NCBI GenBank assembly: GCA_017995695.1
Contig: JAGOIJ010000001.1
Span: 1 to 43,336, forward strand
Direction: 5' to 3'
Source of the DNA: Candidatus Omnitrophota bacterium
Lineage (GTDB): Bacteria > Omnitrophota > Gorgyraeia > Gygaellales > Profunditerraquicolaceae
DNA length: 43,336 bases
A program made the position numbers and the translations under genes. Under the pieces are notes generated by a model. That model saw only the letters and a list, made by a program, of their open reading frames with translations. It made no database searches and was not told where the DNA came from. This document shows, piece by piece, positions 27,511-35,405 of the stretch (positions within the stretch are counted from its first letter, which is position 1; the number at the start of each line of letters is the position of its first letter).

Positions 27511-29012
27511 CGTTTCCCCTTGATCGCAGCAACAAAAAACCCAATTAAGGTAAACACGGAAACAAATTCAAGCCTGCCTGCCCACATCTGAATAATATAG
27601 GTAATCTTCAATGCTGGCGGCATAGCAGTAGTGGTGATGCCACAGGAAAGTCCAACATTAGCCGCAGCTGACGTAGATTCAAATAAAGCATCGAGAAAAG
27701 GATAACCAAACAACATACCCATGGCTGCTCCCACTCCATACAATCCTAAATAGGACACGGTAATGCCAAGGGCTGAACGAGCCAAAGCATCATTAAGAAA
27801 AACCTCTCTAACGTGATGGAATTTCTTTATTACTATTGCTTGATCGGGAAGCATAATGCGCTTAATATCCTGCGTGATCGCTTTACAAACAATACCCAAA
27901 CGAAGCATTTTTATGGCGCCCGTGGTCGAACAGATACTGCCGCCTAAAGCCATTGCCCCGATAATGGCGACAAGCGCTACATGATTCCACTCACGGATAA
28001 ACTGCGCGGCATATATAGTTTGAAACCCTGTCCCCGTGTGAGCGGATAAAAGCTGATAGAAGCCTTTGCGAAACAATAACCCTGCCCCCTGGTAAGCATT
28101 GATTTGTGTTAACCCAACAGCAACAATACTAAAAAGAATCAATATGGAGGCAAAGAGAAAAATGGTTTCAATATTCTTAAGTATCTCCTTACGATTCCCG
28201 GCCCAAATATGATAGTGCAATCTAAAATTAATTGCTCCTAAAAGCATGATAACTGCTGTCACCGCCTCATAGGCAAAGCTGTGATAATACAATATGTTCT
28301 GCGACTGCGGCGCAAATCCTCCGGTGTCAAAAGCAGCCATAAATACGCAGATCCCGTGAAAAAAAGCGTTGCTTGCTTGCATACCGCCAAGCACTCCAAC
28401 AATGCCAAGGGACAGAGTCCCTAGAACCAAAAAAGTCAGGCTTACCAGCCAAATAAAGCGCGACGTATGAATAACATTGGGATGAATCCTCTCATCCCTC
28501 GCCTCGCCGACATACATCCTAAAAGCGCCAGAAAAACCCTTGACCAAGAACGATAACGCCACAATAACAACGCCCTGGCCGCCGATAAACATTATCAAAT
28601 GCCGCCAAAGGTTGTGCGCTAATGACATGTGATCAATGTCTTGCGCCAACACAAGACCGGTAGTCGCAAGCCCTGACATAGTATCAAAACATGCGTCAAG
28701 ATACGATAGCCAGTGTCCGCTTAAATACAAAGGAATGGCACCTAATACCGTTGCGACAAGCCATGCCAACGCGACAACGATCATGCCCTGCATCCAGGTT
28801 AGCTCTTTCTTGGTGATACAAACTTTTGTCAAGAGCAAACCTACGCTGACAGTTATTTCTAAAGCAATAAGGAAATCAAGGGAGGGGTTTAATTCTCCGG
28901 CGAGTAATCCCATAGCTAACGGCACCGCCATGGTCACGCCGAGGCCAATGATGATTTTCCCTAAATAATATCCGATATTCTGGGCATCTTGGAGGCGGGG
29001 CTTAAGAATCAT
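27507..29012 (-). CDS. trkH: TrkH/KtrB-family potassium uptake membrane subunit
   Basis: 501 aa polytopic protein with repeated pore-loop motifs (TTGLV, DTGGF, GTGFQ, NVGLS). Confidence 0.9.
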   Translation of the reverse strand: MILKPRLQDAQNIGYYLGKIIIGLGVTMAVPLAMGLLAGELNPSLDFLIALEITVSVGLLLTKVCITKKELTWMQGMIVVALAWLVATVLGAIPLYLSGHWLSYLDACFDTMSGLATTGLVLAQDIDHMSLAHNLWRHLIMFIGGQGVVIVALSFLVKGFSGAFRMYVGEARDERIHPNVIHTSRFIWLVSLTFLVLGTLSLGIVGVLGGMQASNAFFHGICVFMAAFDTGGFAPQSQNILYYHSFAYEAVTAVIMLLGAINFRLHYHIWAGNRKEILKNIETIFLFASILILFSIVAVGLTQINAYQGAGLLFRKGFYQLLSAHTGTGFQTIYAAQFIREWNHVALVAIIGAMALGGSICSTTGAIKMLRLGIVCKAITQDIKRIMLPDQAIVIKKFHHVREVFLNDALARSALGITVSYLGLYGVGAAMGMLFGYPFLDALFESTSAAANVGLSCGITTTAMPPALKITYIIQMWAGRLEFVSVFTLIGFFVAAIKGKR

Positions 29013-29137
29013 GATCGAAATAATACTATGAAGCGAATGATGAAACCAACGATAAATGCCGACGCCATAATCGCCAAAGCATACAATACCTCAATTGAAA
29101 TGCCGAGCGCAATATTGCGAATTAATTTTATCTTCAT
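29009..29137 (-). CDS. 42-aa single-TM micro-protein between trkA and trkH (below the ORF-track size cut-off)
   Basis: Hand translation gives MKIKLIRNIALGISIEVLYALAIMASAFIVGFIIRFIVLFRS. Its ATG overlaps the trkA stop (TAATG) and its TGA overlaps the trkH start (ATGA). Confidence 0.45.
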   Translation of the reverse strand: MKIKLIRNIALGISIEVLYALAIMASAFIVGFIIRFIVLFRS

Positions 29138-29799
29138 TAGATCTTACCCACCAATAGGCTCAATAACTGTGGCTCATTGCCAACCATGGTAAGGGCAATA
29201 ATATCATCGCCGGACTGAAACATCGTATTGCCTTTTGGCACAATGACTTCCTCGCCACGTAAAATCGACACCAACACAGAATCCGCAGGCAGCTGCACGT
29301 CCTTAATCTCTTTGTTGATGACGGGGGAATCCGCTGGAAGGTCAACCCGCACGATCGCTAATTTCCCGCGCTTGAAGCTCATCAGATTCACAAAATCAGA
29401 GAAAGAAACTTCTTCCTCGATTATTTTAGCAATAATCTTGGTCGCATCAATAGGCACATCTATCCCGAGCTCCGAAAACGTGTGTTCATTGGTCGGATTG
29501 TTGACGCGGCCCACGGTCCTCTGGATGTTAAATTTTTCTTTTGCGAGTTGACAAATGATGAGGTTGTCCTCATCATCCCCCGTCACCGCAGCCACCACGT
29601 CAGCGCGCTCAACGCCTGCCTCTTCAAGGATGCGTGGATCACAGCCATCACCGTTAATAACCAGGGCCTCAACTGTTTTTGCTACCTCCTCGCACGTAAC
29701 CTTATCCTTGTCAACGATACTAACCGTATGCTTACTTGCGCACAACCGCTTTGCCAAAAAATAGCCGACCTTTCCTGCGCCAACAACAATGATATACAT
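29137..29799 (-). CDS. trkA: TrkA/KtrA-type RCK potassium-uptake regulatory subunit (half-size)
   Basis: 220 aa with N-terminal MYIIVVGAGKVGYFLAKRL (Rossmann RCK_N) and a C-terminal RCK_C domain. Confidence 0.88.
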   Translation of the reverse strand: MYIIVVGAGKVGYFLAKRLCASKHTVSIVDKDKVTCEEVAKTVEALVINGDGCDPRILEEAGVERADVVAAVTGDDEDNLIICQLAKEKFNIQRTVGRVNNPTNEHTFSELGIDVPIDATKIIAKIIEEEVSFSDFVNLMSFKRGKLAIVRVDLPADSPVINKEIKDVQLPADSVLVSILRGEEVIVPKGNTMFQSGDDIIALTMVGNEPQLLSLLVGKI

Positions 29800-29811
29800 A
29801 GGACGCTCCCG

Positions 29812-30462
29812 CTAAAACTTGTATTTTTCTTTTATGCGCTTAAGGCTTGAAACTTTTATGACTGCAGCAATAACATCTTTTGCCTTGATCGCATCCTTCG
29901 CCTCGGGGATAACAACGCCATGCATGCGTCGTATTGCAACCACCATGAGCTCGCCAGGAATATTAATCTCCTGGACCGCCTTGCCAATTAATCCTTCGCG
30001 AGCCTCCATTTCAATAACGCCCAATTCCTTGGTCTCAATAAGATAGCTTGAGAAACGGCTCTCAATAATCTTGTCCCTAAGCATAGCGGCAAATAAAATC
30101 GTCCCGCTGATAATATCGAGGCCGAGCGCGGCATAAATATGGGCGCGCTGCGGGTCGTAGACGCGGGCAATGACCTTCGGAACCTTAAATATTTTTTTAG
30201 CGACTTGCGCCGAAATTAAATTTGTGTTGTCGCCGTTTGTGACCGAGCAAAAGGCATCGGCCTTTTCAATGCCTGCCTGCCGCAACAACTCAAGGTCAAA
30301 ACCATTTCCCAAAAGGGTGACTCCGTTAAACGTCCCCCCTAGGCGGTCAAATGCCTGTTGAGTGCGGTCGATCACCACCACATCATGGCCTTCGCTGGAT
30401 AACAACTTCCCTAATTCCGAACCAACACGGCCACAACCTACAATTATTACGTACATATGCAC
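29812..30462 (-). CDS. trkA: TrkA/KtrA-type RCK potassium-uptake regulatory subunit (second half-size paralogue)
   Basis: 216 aa with MYVIIVGCGRVGSELGKLL and an RCK_C domain. Confidence 0.88.
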   Translation of the reverse strand: MHMYVIIVGCGRVGSELGKLLSSEGHDVVVIDRTQQAFDRLGGTFNGVTLLGNGFDLELLRQAGIEKADAFCSVTNGDNTNLISAQVAKKIFKVPKVIARVYDPQRAHIYAALGLDIISGTILFAAMLRDKIIESRFSSYLIETKELGVIEMEAREGLIGKAVQEINIPGELMVVAIRRMHGVVIPEAKDAIKAKDVIAAVIKVSSLKRIKEKYKF

Positions 30463-30489
30463 CTCTTCGCCAAGCGTTGCTGGTAAACG

Positions 30490-30840
30490 TTATTCAGGCT
30501 TAACCATAACAACGAGCTTTTTGAATGCCGCGGCATCTTTAACGGCTAACTCCGCAAGGATCTTTCTATCGAGATTAACCTTAGCTTTTTTCAAACCATT
30601 AATAAACTTGCTATAGGTTATGCCCTGCTCTCTACAGGCAGCATTAATACGCGCGATCCATAAACCGCGTAATTCACGTTTTTTTACGCGTCGATCGCGG
30701 TAGGCATACACCAACGCATGCTGCAAGGCCCTGCGCGCCTGTTGAAACTGCTTGCTGCGGTCGCCCCAGAATCCTTTTGTTTGTTTTAAGACTCTCTTTT
30801 TTCTTCGTTTGGTTGCTGCGCTATGCTTAATCTTAGTCAT
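30490..30840 (-). CDS. rplT: 50S ribosomal protein L20
   Basis: 116 aa with [15 protein letters not shown] and [23 protein letters not shown]. Confidence 0.95.
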   Translation of the reverse strand: MTKIKHSAATKRRKKRVLKQTKGFWGDRSKQFQQARRALQHALVYAYRDRRVKKRELRGLWIARINAACREQGITYSKFINGLKKAKVNLDRKILAELAVKDAAAFKKLVVMVKPE

Positions 30841-30862
30841 TGCACTCCACTCCTTTTATCAT

Positions 30863-31063
30863 TTAGCCATAGGGCAACAAACGCTTCAGGTATTTTGTTT
30901 CCTGCTGATTTGCAAGCGTTGCTGACCGACGCAAGGTTCTGAGCCGTTCCGGCTCTTTGTTCGTCAAGATATGACTCTTGCCACTAGGCTTATACGTTAT
31001 TTTGCCAGTCTTGGTTAACTTAAACCTCTTGGCTGCTCCTTTTTTTGTTTTTAATTTTGGCAT
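30863..31063 (-). CDS. rpmI: 50S ribosomal protein L35
   Basis: 66 aa starting [22 protein letters not shown]. Confidence 0.95.
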   Translation of the reverse strand: MPKLKTKKGAAKRFKLTKTGKITYKPSGKSHILTNKEPERLRTLRRSATLANQQETKYLKRLLPYG

Positions 31064-31086
31064 GCTTACTTCTCCTGTCTCTATGA

Positions 31087-31593
31087 TTATTTCGGCGCGA
31101 TCACCACCGACATGATACGCCCTTCCATGTTAACATCTTTTTCCACGGTACCTGCGCTTTGCGCGTCAATAACAAATCTATCAAGGACTTTCCTGCCCAG
31201 ATCAACATGCTCCATCTGCCTGCCGCGGAAAAACATATTAATCTTGACCTTGTCCTTCTTGTTTAAAAAACCAATGGCTTGTTTTACCTTGGTTTCATAA
31301 TCATGATCATCGATATTGGGCTTCAGGCGAATTTCTTTCAAACGCCCCTGCTTTTGATGTTTCTTTGCCTCGCGCTCCTTCTTCTCCTGGTCATATTTGA
31401 ATTTGCTAAAATCAATGACGCGGCATACCGGAGGAACAGCGCCAGGCGCCACCTCTACTAGGTCAAGCTCAGCCTGGTTCGCAATCTCAAGCGCTTTCTG
31501 AATCGGCACTACACCCAATTGTCCACCATCAGGACCGATAAGGCGGACTTGCGAAACTCTGATTTTATCATTAACGCGAATGAATTTTTTAAT
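31087..31593 (-). CDS. infC: Translation initiation factor IF-3, probable ATT (AUU) start
   Basis: The track ORF starts at a GTG at 31602, which directly abuts the Shine-Dalgarno sequence (GGGGAGGTG). The in-frame ATT at 31593 lies 8 nt after GGAGG and gives an N-terminus [20 protein letters not shown] of normal IF-3 length. Confidence 0.85.
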   Translation of the reverse strand: MKKFIRVNDKIRVSQVRLIGPDGGQLGVVPIQKALEIANQAELDLVEVAPGAVPPVCRVIDFSKFKYDQEKKEREAKKHQKQGRLKEIRLKPNIDDHDYETKVKQAIGFLNKKDKVKINMFFRGRQMEHVDLGRKVLDRFVIDAQSAGTVEKDVNMEGRIMSVVIAPK

Positions 31594-31629
31594 TGCTACC
31601 ACCTCCCCTTTCTTTAAGGCTACATAAGG

Positions 31630-33357
31630 TTACGCAGCCTTGTGTTCTATCTCTTCCTGCATGCTCTCCATGCATTCTTTAAGTGACATTACGCCGATGT
31701 TGCCTTTTCCTTTCTTGCGCACAGAAACAGTTTCCTGCTTTGCTTCGCGCTCACCAAGAACCAAGACGTACGGAATCTTATCAAGCTCCGCCTGCCGGAT
31801 GCGCTTGTCGAGCGTTTCGTTACGGGTATCAATTTCCACGCGCATCCCCTTACTTTCCAGCATAGCTTTAATTTTCATTCCGTATTCCCTCACCGAATCT
31901 TTAATGGGGATAATGCCTACCTGTACGGGGGCAAGCCAAAGCGGCAACTCTCCTTTGTAATGTTCAATGAGTGCCCCGGTAAACCGCTCAAGACTGCCCA
32001 GCAACACGCGATGTAACATAATCGGCTGCTTTTCCTGACCATCAGCATCAACATACGTTAAGTTAAAGCGCTTCGGCAAGGCAAAATCGCACTGGATCGT
32101 CGCGCATTGCCATTGCCTTTTAAGGGCATCTTTAAGTTTAATATCGATCTTGGGCCCATAGAATGCGCCCTCACCCTCGTTAGTTTCATAGGTCAGGCCT
32201 TTATCGCGCAGGGCCTCAATAAGCGCATCGGTTGCCCGCTGCCAATCATCATCGCTGCCGATATATTTAGTGGGCCGGGTACTTAATTCTATACCGACAT
32301 CATTAAACCCGAAAACCTTCATCGTATCAAAAACAAAATCAATGATGCCTTTAATCTCTGCCTTAAGCTGATCAGGAGAACAAAAGATGTGCGCATCATC
32401 CTGGGTAAAACCGCGCACCCGCAGCAACCCGTGCAAAACCCCTGCTTTTTCATAGCGGTAGACCGTGCCCAACTCAAACAGACGAATAGGCAACTCCCGA
32501 TAGCTATGGTTTTTGGCTTTATAGATCAGTATATGGCCGGGACAATTCATAGGCTTTAATACAAATTCCCGTCCTTCAATAGCAAGCGTATACATATTCT
32601 CTTTATAGTAATCATAATGCCCCGATGTTTTCCACAATTCTGCCTGCATGATATGCGGCGTAATCACCAGTTGATAACCGCGCTTCAAATGTTCGGTTTT
32701 CTCAAAATTTTCAATCAGGGTACGCAACAACGCTCCCTTGGGATGATAAAACACAAGGCCCGCGCCTGCTTCTTCGTGATAAATATCAAAAATGCCCAGC
32801 GCCGGCCCGAGCTTGCGATGATCGCGCAGCTTAGCCTCTTCTACATTCTTCAGATATTCTTCAAGCTCAGACGCGCTTTCAAAACAGGTGCCATAGATGC
32901 GTTGCAGCATCGGATTTGTTTCAATGCCGTGCCAGTACGCCCCGGCAACCGACAACAATTTAAACGCCTTAATCTGGCCGGTTGAATCGATGTGCGGACC
33001 GCGGCACAAGTCTACAAAACTATCGCCGGTTTGGTAAATCGAAATGGTCCCTTCCGGCAAGTTCTTGATCAGCTCGACCTTATACGACTCATGAATATTC
33101 TCAAATAAAGCAAGGGCCTCTTCTTGGGAAACCTCCTTACGCTTGAATGGCTCATTGCGCTGTATAATTTCGCGCATCTTGTGCTCAACCCGCGCCAGAT
33201 CATCGTCGGTAAACGGCTCCTTCTTATCGAAATCATAATAAAATCCGTCTTCGATAGCAGGGCCGATGCCAAGCATGGTCTTTGGCCAGAGCTCTTTAAC
33301 AGCTTGGGCCATTACATGCGAACAGCTATGCCGTAAGGTTTCAAGATCTTGTTTCAT
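31630..33357 (-). CDS. thrS: Threonine--tRNA ligase (short form lacking the N-terminal TGS domain)
   Basis: 575 aa. It begins at the editing-domain motif LRHSCSHVMAQAVKELWP, followed by the class II core and an anticodon-binding domain. Confidence 0.93.
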   Translation of the reverse strand: MKQDLETLRHSCSHVMAQAVKELWPKTMLGIGPAIEDGFYYDFDKKEPFTDDDLARVEHKMREIIQRNEPFKRKEVSQEEALALFENIHESYKVELIKNLPEGTISIYQTGDSFVDLCRGPHIDSTGQIKAFKLLSVAGAYWHGIETNPMLQRIYGTCFESASELEEYLKNVEEAKLRDHRKLGPALGIFDIYHEEAGAGLVFYHPKGALLRTLIENFEKTEHLKRGYQLVITPHIMQAELWKTSGHYDYYKENMYTLAIEGREFVLKPMNCPGHILIYKAKNHSYRELPIRLFELGTVYRYEKAGVLHGLLRVRGFTQDDAHIFCSPDQLKAEIKGIIDFVFDTMKVFGFNDVGIELSTRPTKYIGSDDDWQRATDALIEALRDKGLTYETNEGEGAFYGPKIDIKLKDALKRQWQCATIQCDFALPKRFNLTYVDADGQEKQPIMLHRVLLGSLERFTGALIEHYKGELPLWLAPVQVGIIPIKDSVREYGMKIKAMLESKGMRVEIDTRNETLDKRIRQAELDKIPYVLVLGEREAKQETVSVRKKGKGNIGVMSLKECMESMQEEIEHKAA

Positions 33358-34430
33358 TCGTTCACAAAAATATTGTCTGCCAGCAGATTCATCTTCTGAA
33401 AACGCTGGAAAAATAATGGATAATATTTAATTGATGATTTAAGCGCGCCAACCACTGTTCCGTCATCAGCGATTTTTTCGCTGCGGAACACAAATAAATC
33501 ATTAAGCATAATCTCGTCCCTCTCAAGACCACGCACTTCGGTAATATGGGTAATCTTGCGACTGCCGTCAGACATGCGCTCCTGATGCACGATCACCTGG
33601 ATCGTGGAAGCGATAAGCTTGCGCACATCCCATAGCGGCAGATTGATTCCCGACATCAAAATCATAGTTTCAAGACGAGCGACCACATCTTTAGGAGAAT
33701 TACCATGAATAATCCCGACGGTGCCGGCATGTCCGGTTGCCATTGCCTGGATCATATCAATTGCCTCTTCTCCTCTAACCTCGCCGACCACCAAGCGGTC
33801 CGGAGCCATACGTAAGGCATTGCGTATTAAATCGCGGATACTGACCCCACCCTTACCGTGCTGATCAGGGGTTCTCGTTTCTAAGGAAATAGTATTATCG
33901 CGCTCGATCTTTAACTCAGCCGCATCTTCGATAGTAATAATACGCTCATCGGGAGCGAAAAAATGCGAAAGAACCTGCAACGTGGTCGTCTTTCCTACGC
34001 CTGTTCCGCCGGAAAAAATAATATTAACCCTTCCCTTAATACAAGCCACAATCAGATCAGCTGCCTTTTGCGTTAACGTACCGATCCTAATTAAATCATC
34101 GAGCGTTTTGATCTCTTTAGAAAATTTTCTAAAGGTAACTGCCACGCCAAAGCGTGCCAGCGGAGGTATGATCGCGTTTATACGCGTGCCGTCAGCAAGA
34201 CAAACATCAGCATAGGGAACATCGCTGGCCACGCGCTTGCCAGCAGCAGAATAAATTCTGTCCACCAGCGCCGTAACCTCTGCTTCGCTTCCAAATCTGA
34301 CATTGGTCAATACCTTTCTACCGCTCTTTTCAACAAAGACTCTTTGATGACCATTAATCATTATTTCGGAGACCGCCGGATCATCAAGCAACTGCTGGAC
34401 TGGACCAAGATCAAGATTTTTTTCAGACAT
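33354..34430 (-). CDS. CpaF/VirB11-like type II/IV secretion-family ATPase (orphan)
   Basis: 358 aa with [18 protein letters not shown], Walker [11 protein letters not shown], Walker [10 protein letters not shown] and a His box. Its stop overlaps the thrS start by 4 nt. Confidence 0.8.
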   Translation of the reverse strand: MSEKNLDLGPVQQLLDDPAVSEIMINGHQRVFVEKSGRKVLTNVRFGSEAEVTALVDRIYSAAGKRVASDVPYADVCLADGTRINAIIPPLARFGVAVTFRKFSKEIKTLDDLIRIGTLTQKAADLIVACIKGRVNIIFSGGTGVGKTTTLQVLSHFFAPDERIITIEDAAELKIERDNTISLETRTPDQHGKGGVSIRDLIRNALRMAPDRLVVGEVRGEEAIDMIQAMATGHAGTVGIIHGNSPKDVVARLETMILMSGINLPLWDVRKLIASTIQVIVHQERMSDGSRKITHITEVRGLERDEIMLNDLFVFRSEKIADDGTVVGALKSSIKYYPLFFQRFQKMNLLADNIFVNE

Positions 34431-34464
34431 ATAAACCTCTTTTATTAATGGCTGCTAAAATACG

Positions 34465-34538
34465 TGGGCCCAAGAGGACTTGAACCTCTGACCTTTGCGA
34501 TGTCAACGCAACGCTCTAACCAACTGAGCTATGAGCCC
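34465..34538 (-). tRNA. tRNA-Val (anticodon GAC)
   Basis: The reverse complement is GGGCTCATAGCTCAGTTGGTTAGAGCGTTGCGTTGACATCGCAAAGGTCAGAGGTTCAAGTCCTCTTGGGCCCA, with anticodon loop TTGACAT. Confidence 0.9.
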
Positions 34539-34552
34539 GAATACAAAATACC

Positions 34553-34822
34553 TTACCCTATCTTACCTTTTGCTGTTTTATCTCTCAATAAAACTATTAA
34601 GATCCCTCCTATTAACAAAATCAAACCGCCGATTATGCGCATGGCTCCCCACCACATTGAATAAACCGTGGAGGAAGAACATTTTTCCCAAACATGAGGA
34701 GCATCGGCAAAATGTATGTGGGTAATGCAAGGCCTGCTGGATATATCATTAAAAGAAAATATGCCCGCCGCGACTATCCCGACTAACATGGTACCTACAA
34801 CTATTATTTGCTTTTTATTCAT
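34553..34822 (-). CDS. Hypothetical small membrane protein (2 TM)
   Basis: 89 aa with two hydrophobic helices. It is the only ORF between tRNA-Leu and tRNA-Val, and its Shine-Dalgarno sequence is weak. Confidence 0.35.
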   Translation of the reverse strand: MNKKQIIVVGTMLVGIVAAGIFSFNDISSRPCITHIHFADAPHVWEKCSSSTVYSMWWGAMRIIGGLILLIGGILIVLLRDKTAKGKIG

Positions 34823-34837
34823 TCTCTTTGGTCTTGC

Positions 34838-34883
34838 CTTGTCGCCTCGCTACGCTCGTTGCGGCATAAATTAATTTTTCCTT
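34838..34883. repeat. 46-nt repeat, copy A (identical to 35262..35307)
   Basis: cttgtcgcctcgctacgctcgttgcggcataaattaatttttcctt occurs twice without a mismatch. A rearranged partial version (cttgtcgcataattacgctcgcttggg) lies at 34903..34929. Confidence 0.9.
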
Positions 34884-34932
34884 CACCCAGCTCGCTATTT
34901 TGCTTGTCGCATAATTACGCTCGCTTGGGTGT

Positions 34933-34965
34933 GAATTTATTTTCCCCTGTCGGGAAAATAAATTC
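34933..34965 (-). repeat. 14-bp perfect AT-rich hairpin starting 1 nt after the tRNA-Leu 3' end
   Basis: GAATTTATTTTCCC-ctgtc-GGGAAAATAAATTC. Confidence 0.85.
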
Positions 34966-34966
34966 A

Positions 34967-35049
34967 TGGGCAAGGAGGGAGTCGGACCCTCACGACCTTA
35001 CGGCCAAAGGATTTTAAGTCCTTCGTGTATGCCATTCCACCACTTGCCC
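34967..35049 (-). tRNA. tRNA-Leu (anticodon TAA), long variable arm
   Basis: The reverse complement is GGGCAAGTGGTGGAATGGCATACACGAAGGACTTAAAATCCTTTGGCCGTAAGGTCGTGAGGGTCCGACTCCCTCCTTGCCCA, with anticodon loop CTTAAAA. Confidence 0.9.
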
Positions 35050-35097
35050 GAATTTACACTCCGCTCACTCATCGGGGCTTGAGTCCCGCGGCTATAT

Positions 35098-35173
35098 ACT
35101 CCTCGTCAAACCTAAATAAATTCTTTGTATCCTCGGAGCGATTTTTGCATTGCTGTATCACACTTTGCTCACT
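35098..35173 (-). repeat. Diverged, shortened copy 4 of the intergenic structured repeat
   Basis: On the minus strand it keeps TTTAGTGAGCAAAG (compare TTTATTGAGCAGAC), TGCAAAAAT (compare TGCGAAA(A/T)A), CTCCGAGG...CGAGGAGTA (the base of P4) and a preceding hairpin AAACCGC/GCGGTTT. P2 and P3 are missing. Confidence 0.4.
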
Positions 35174-35261
35174 AAACCGCTTATCGCGGTTTGCCCTTCG
35201 GGCCGTTCGCTTGAGTGCGATTTAAATTTTTTGTCGGATGTGTGCCGCACTCGCTGCTCGG

Positions 35262-35307
35262 CTTGTCGCCTCGCTACGCTCGTTGCGGCATAAATTAATT
35301 TTTCCTT
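35262..35307. repeat. 46-nt repeat, copy B
   Basis: Identical to 34838..34883. Its AT-rich end forms one arm of the hairpin after tRNA-Cys. Confidence 0.9.
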
Positions 35308-35324
35308 GTCGTAAAAATTAATTT
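35292..35324 (-). repeat. 12-bp perfect all-AT hairpin starting 1 nt after the tRNA-Cys 3' end
   Basis: AAATTAATTTTT-ccttgtcgt-AAAAATTAATTT. Confidence 0.85.
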
Positions 35325-35325
35325 A

Positions 35326-35397
35326 AGGCGTGGACCGGATTTGAACCGGTGCATAACTGTTTTGCAGACAGTTGCCTTACCACTTGGCTACCACGCC
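35326..35397 (-). tRNA. tRNA-Cys (anticodon GCA)
   Basis: The reverse complement is GGCGTGGTAGCCAAGTGGTAAGGCAACTGTCTGCAAAACAGTTATGCACCGGTTCAAATCCGGTCCACGCCT, with anticodon loop CTGCAAA and discriminator U. Confidence 0.9.
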
Positions 35398-35405
35398 ATA
35401 TACTA

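Noticed and set aside
34464-34664. A 66-aa plus-strand ORF, and similar ORFs at 34808..35017, 35025..35225 and 35341..35547.
   Set aside because: They run through tRNA-Val, tRNA-Leu, tRNA-Cys or the repeat DNA on the wrong strand, with no Shine-Dalgarno sequence and no recognisable motifs.
34838-34883. A mini-ORF (AAGGA-N10-ATG CCG CAA CGA GCG TAG, MPQRA*) on the minus strand of both 46-nt repeats, as a possible leader peptide.
   Set aside because: Five codons arise easily by chance. Copy B has no downstream gene to regulate (tRNA-Leu follows), and there is no attenuator-type alternative pairing around it.
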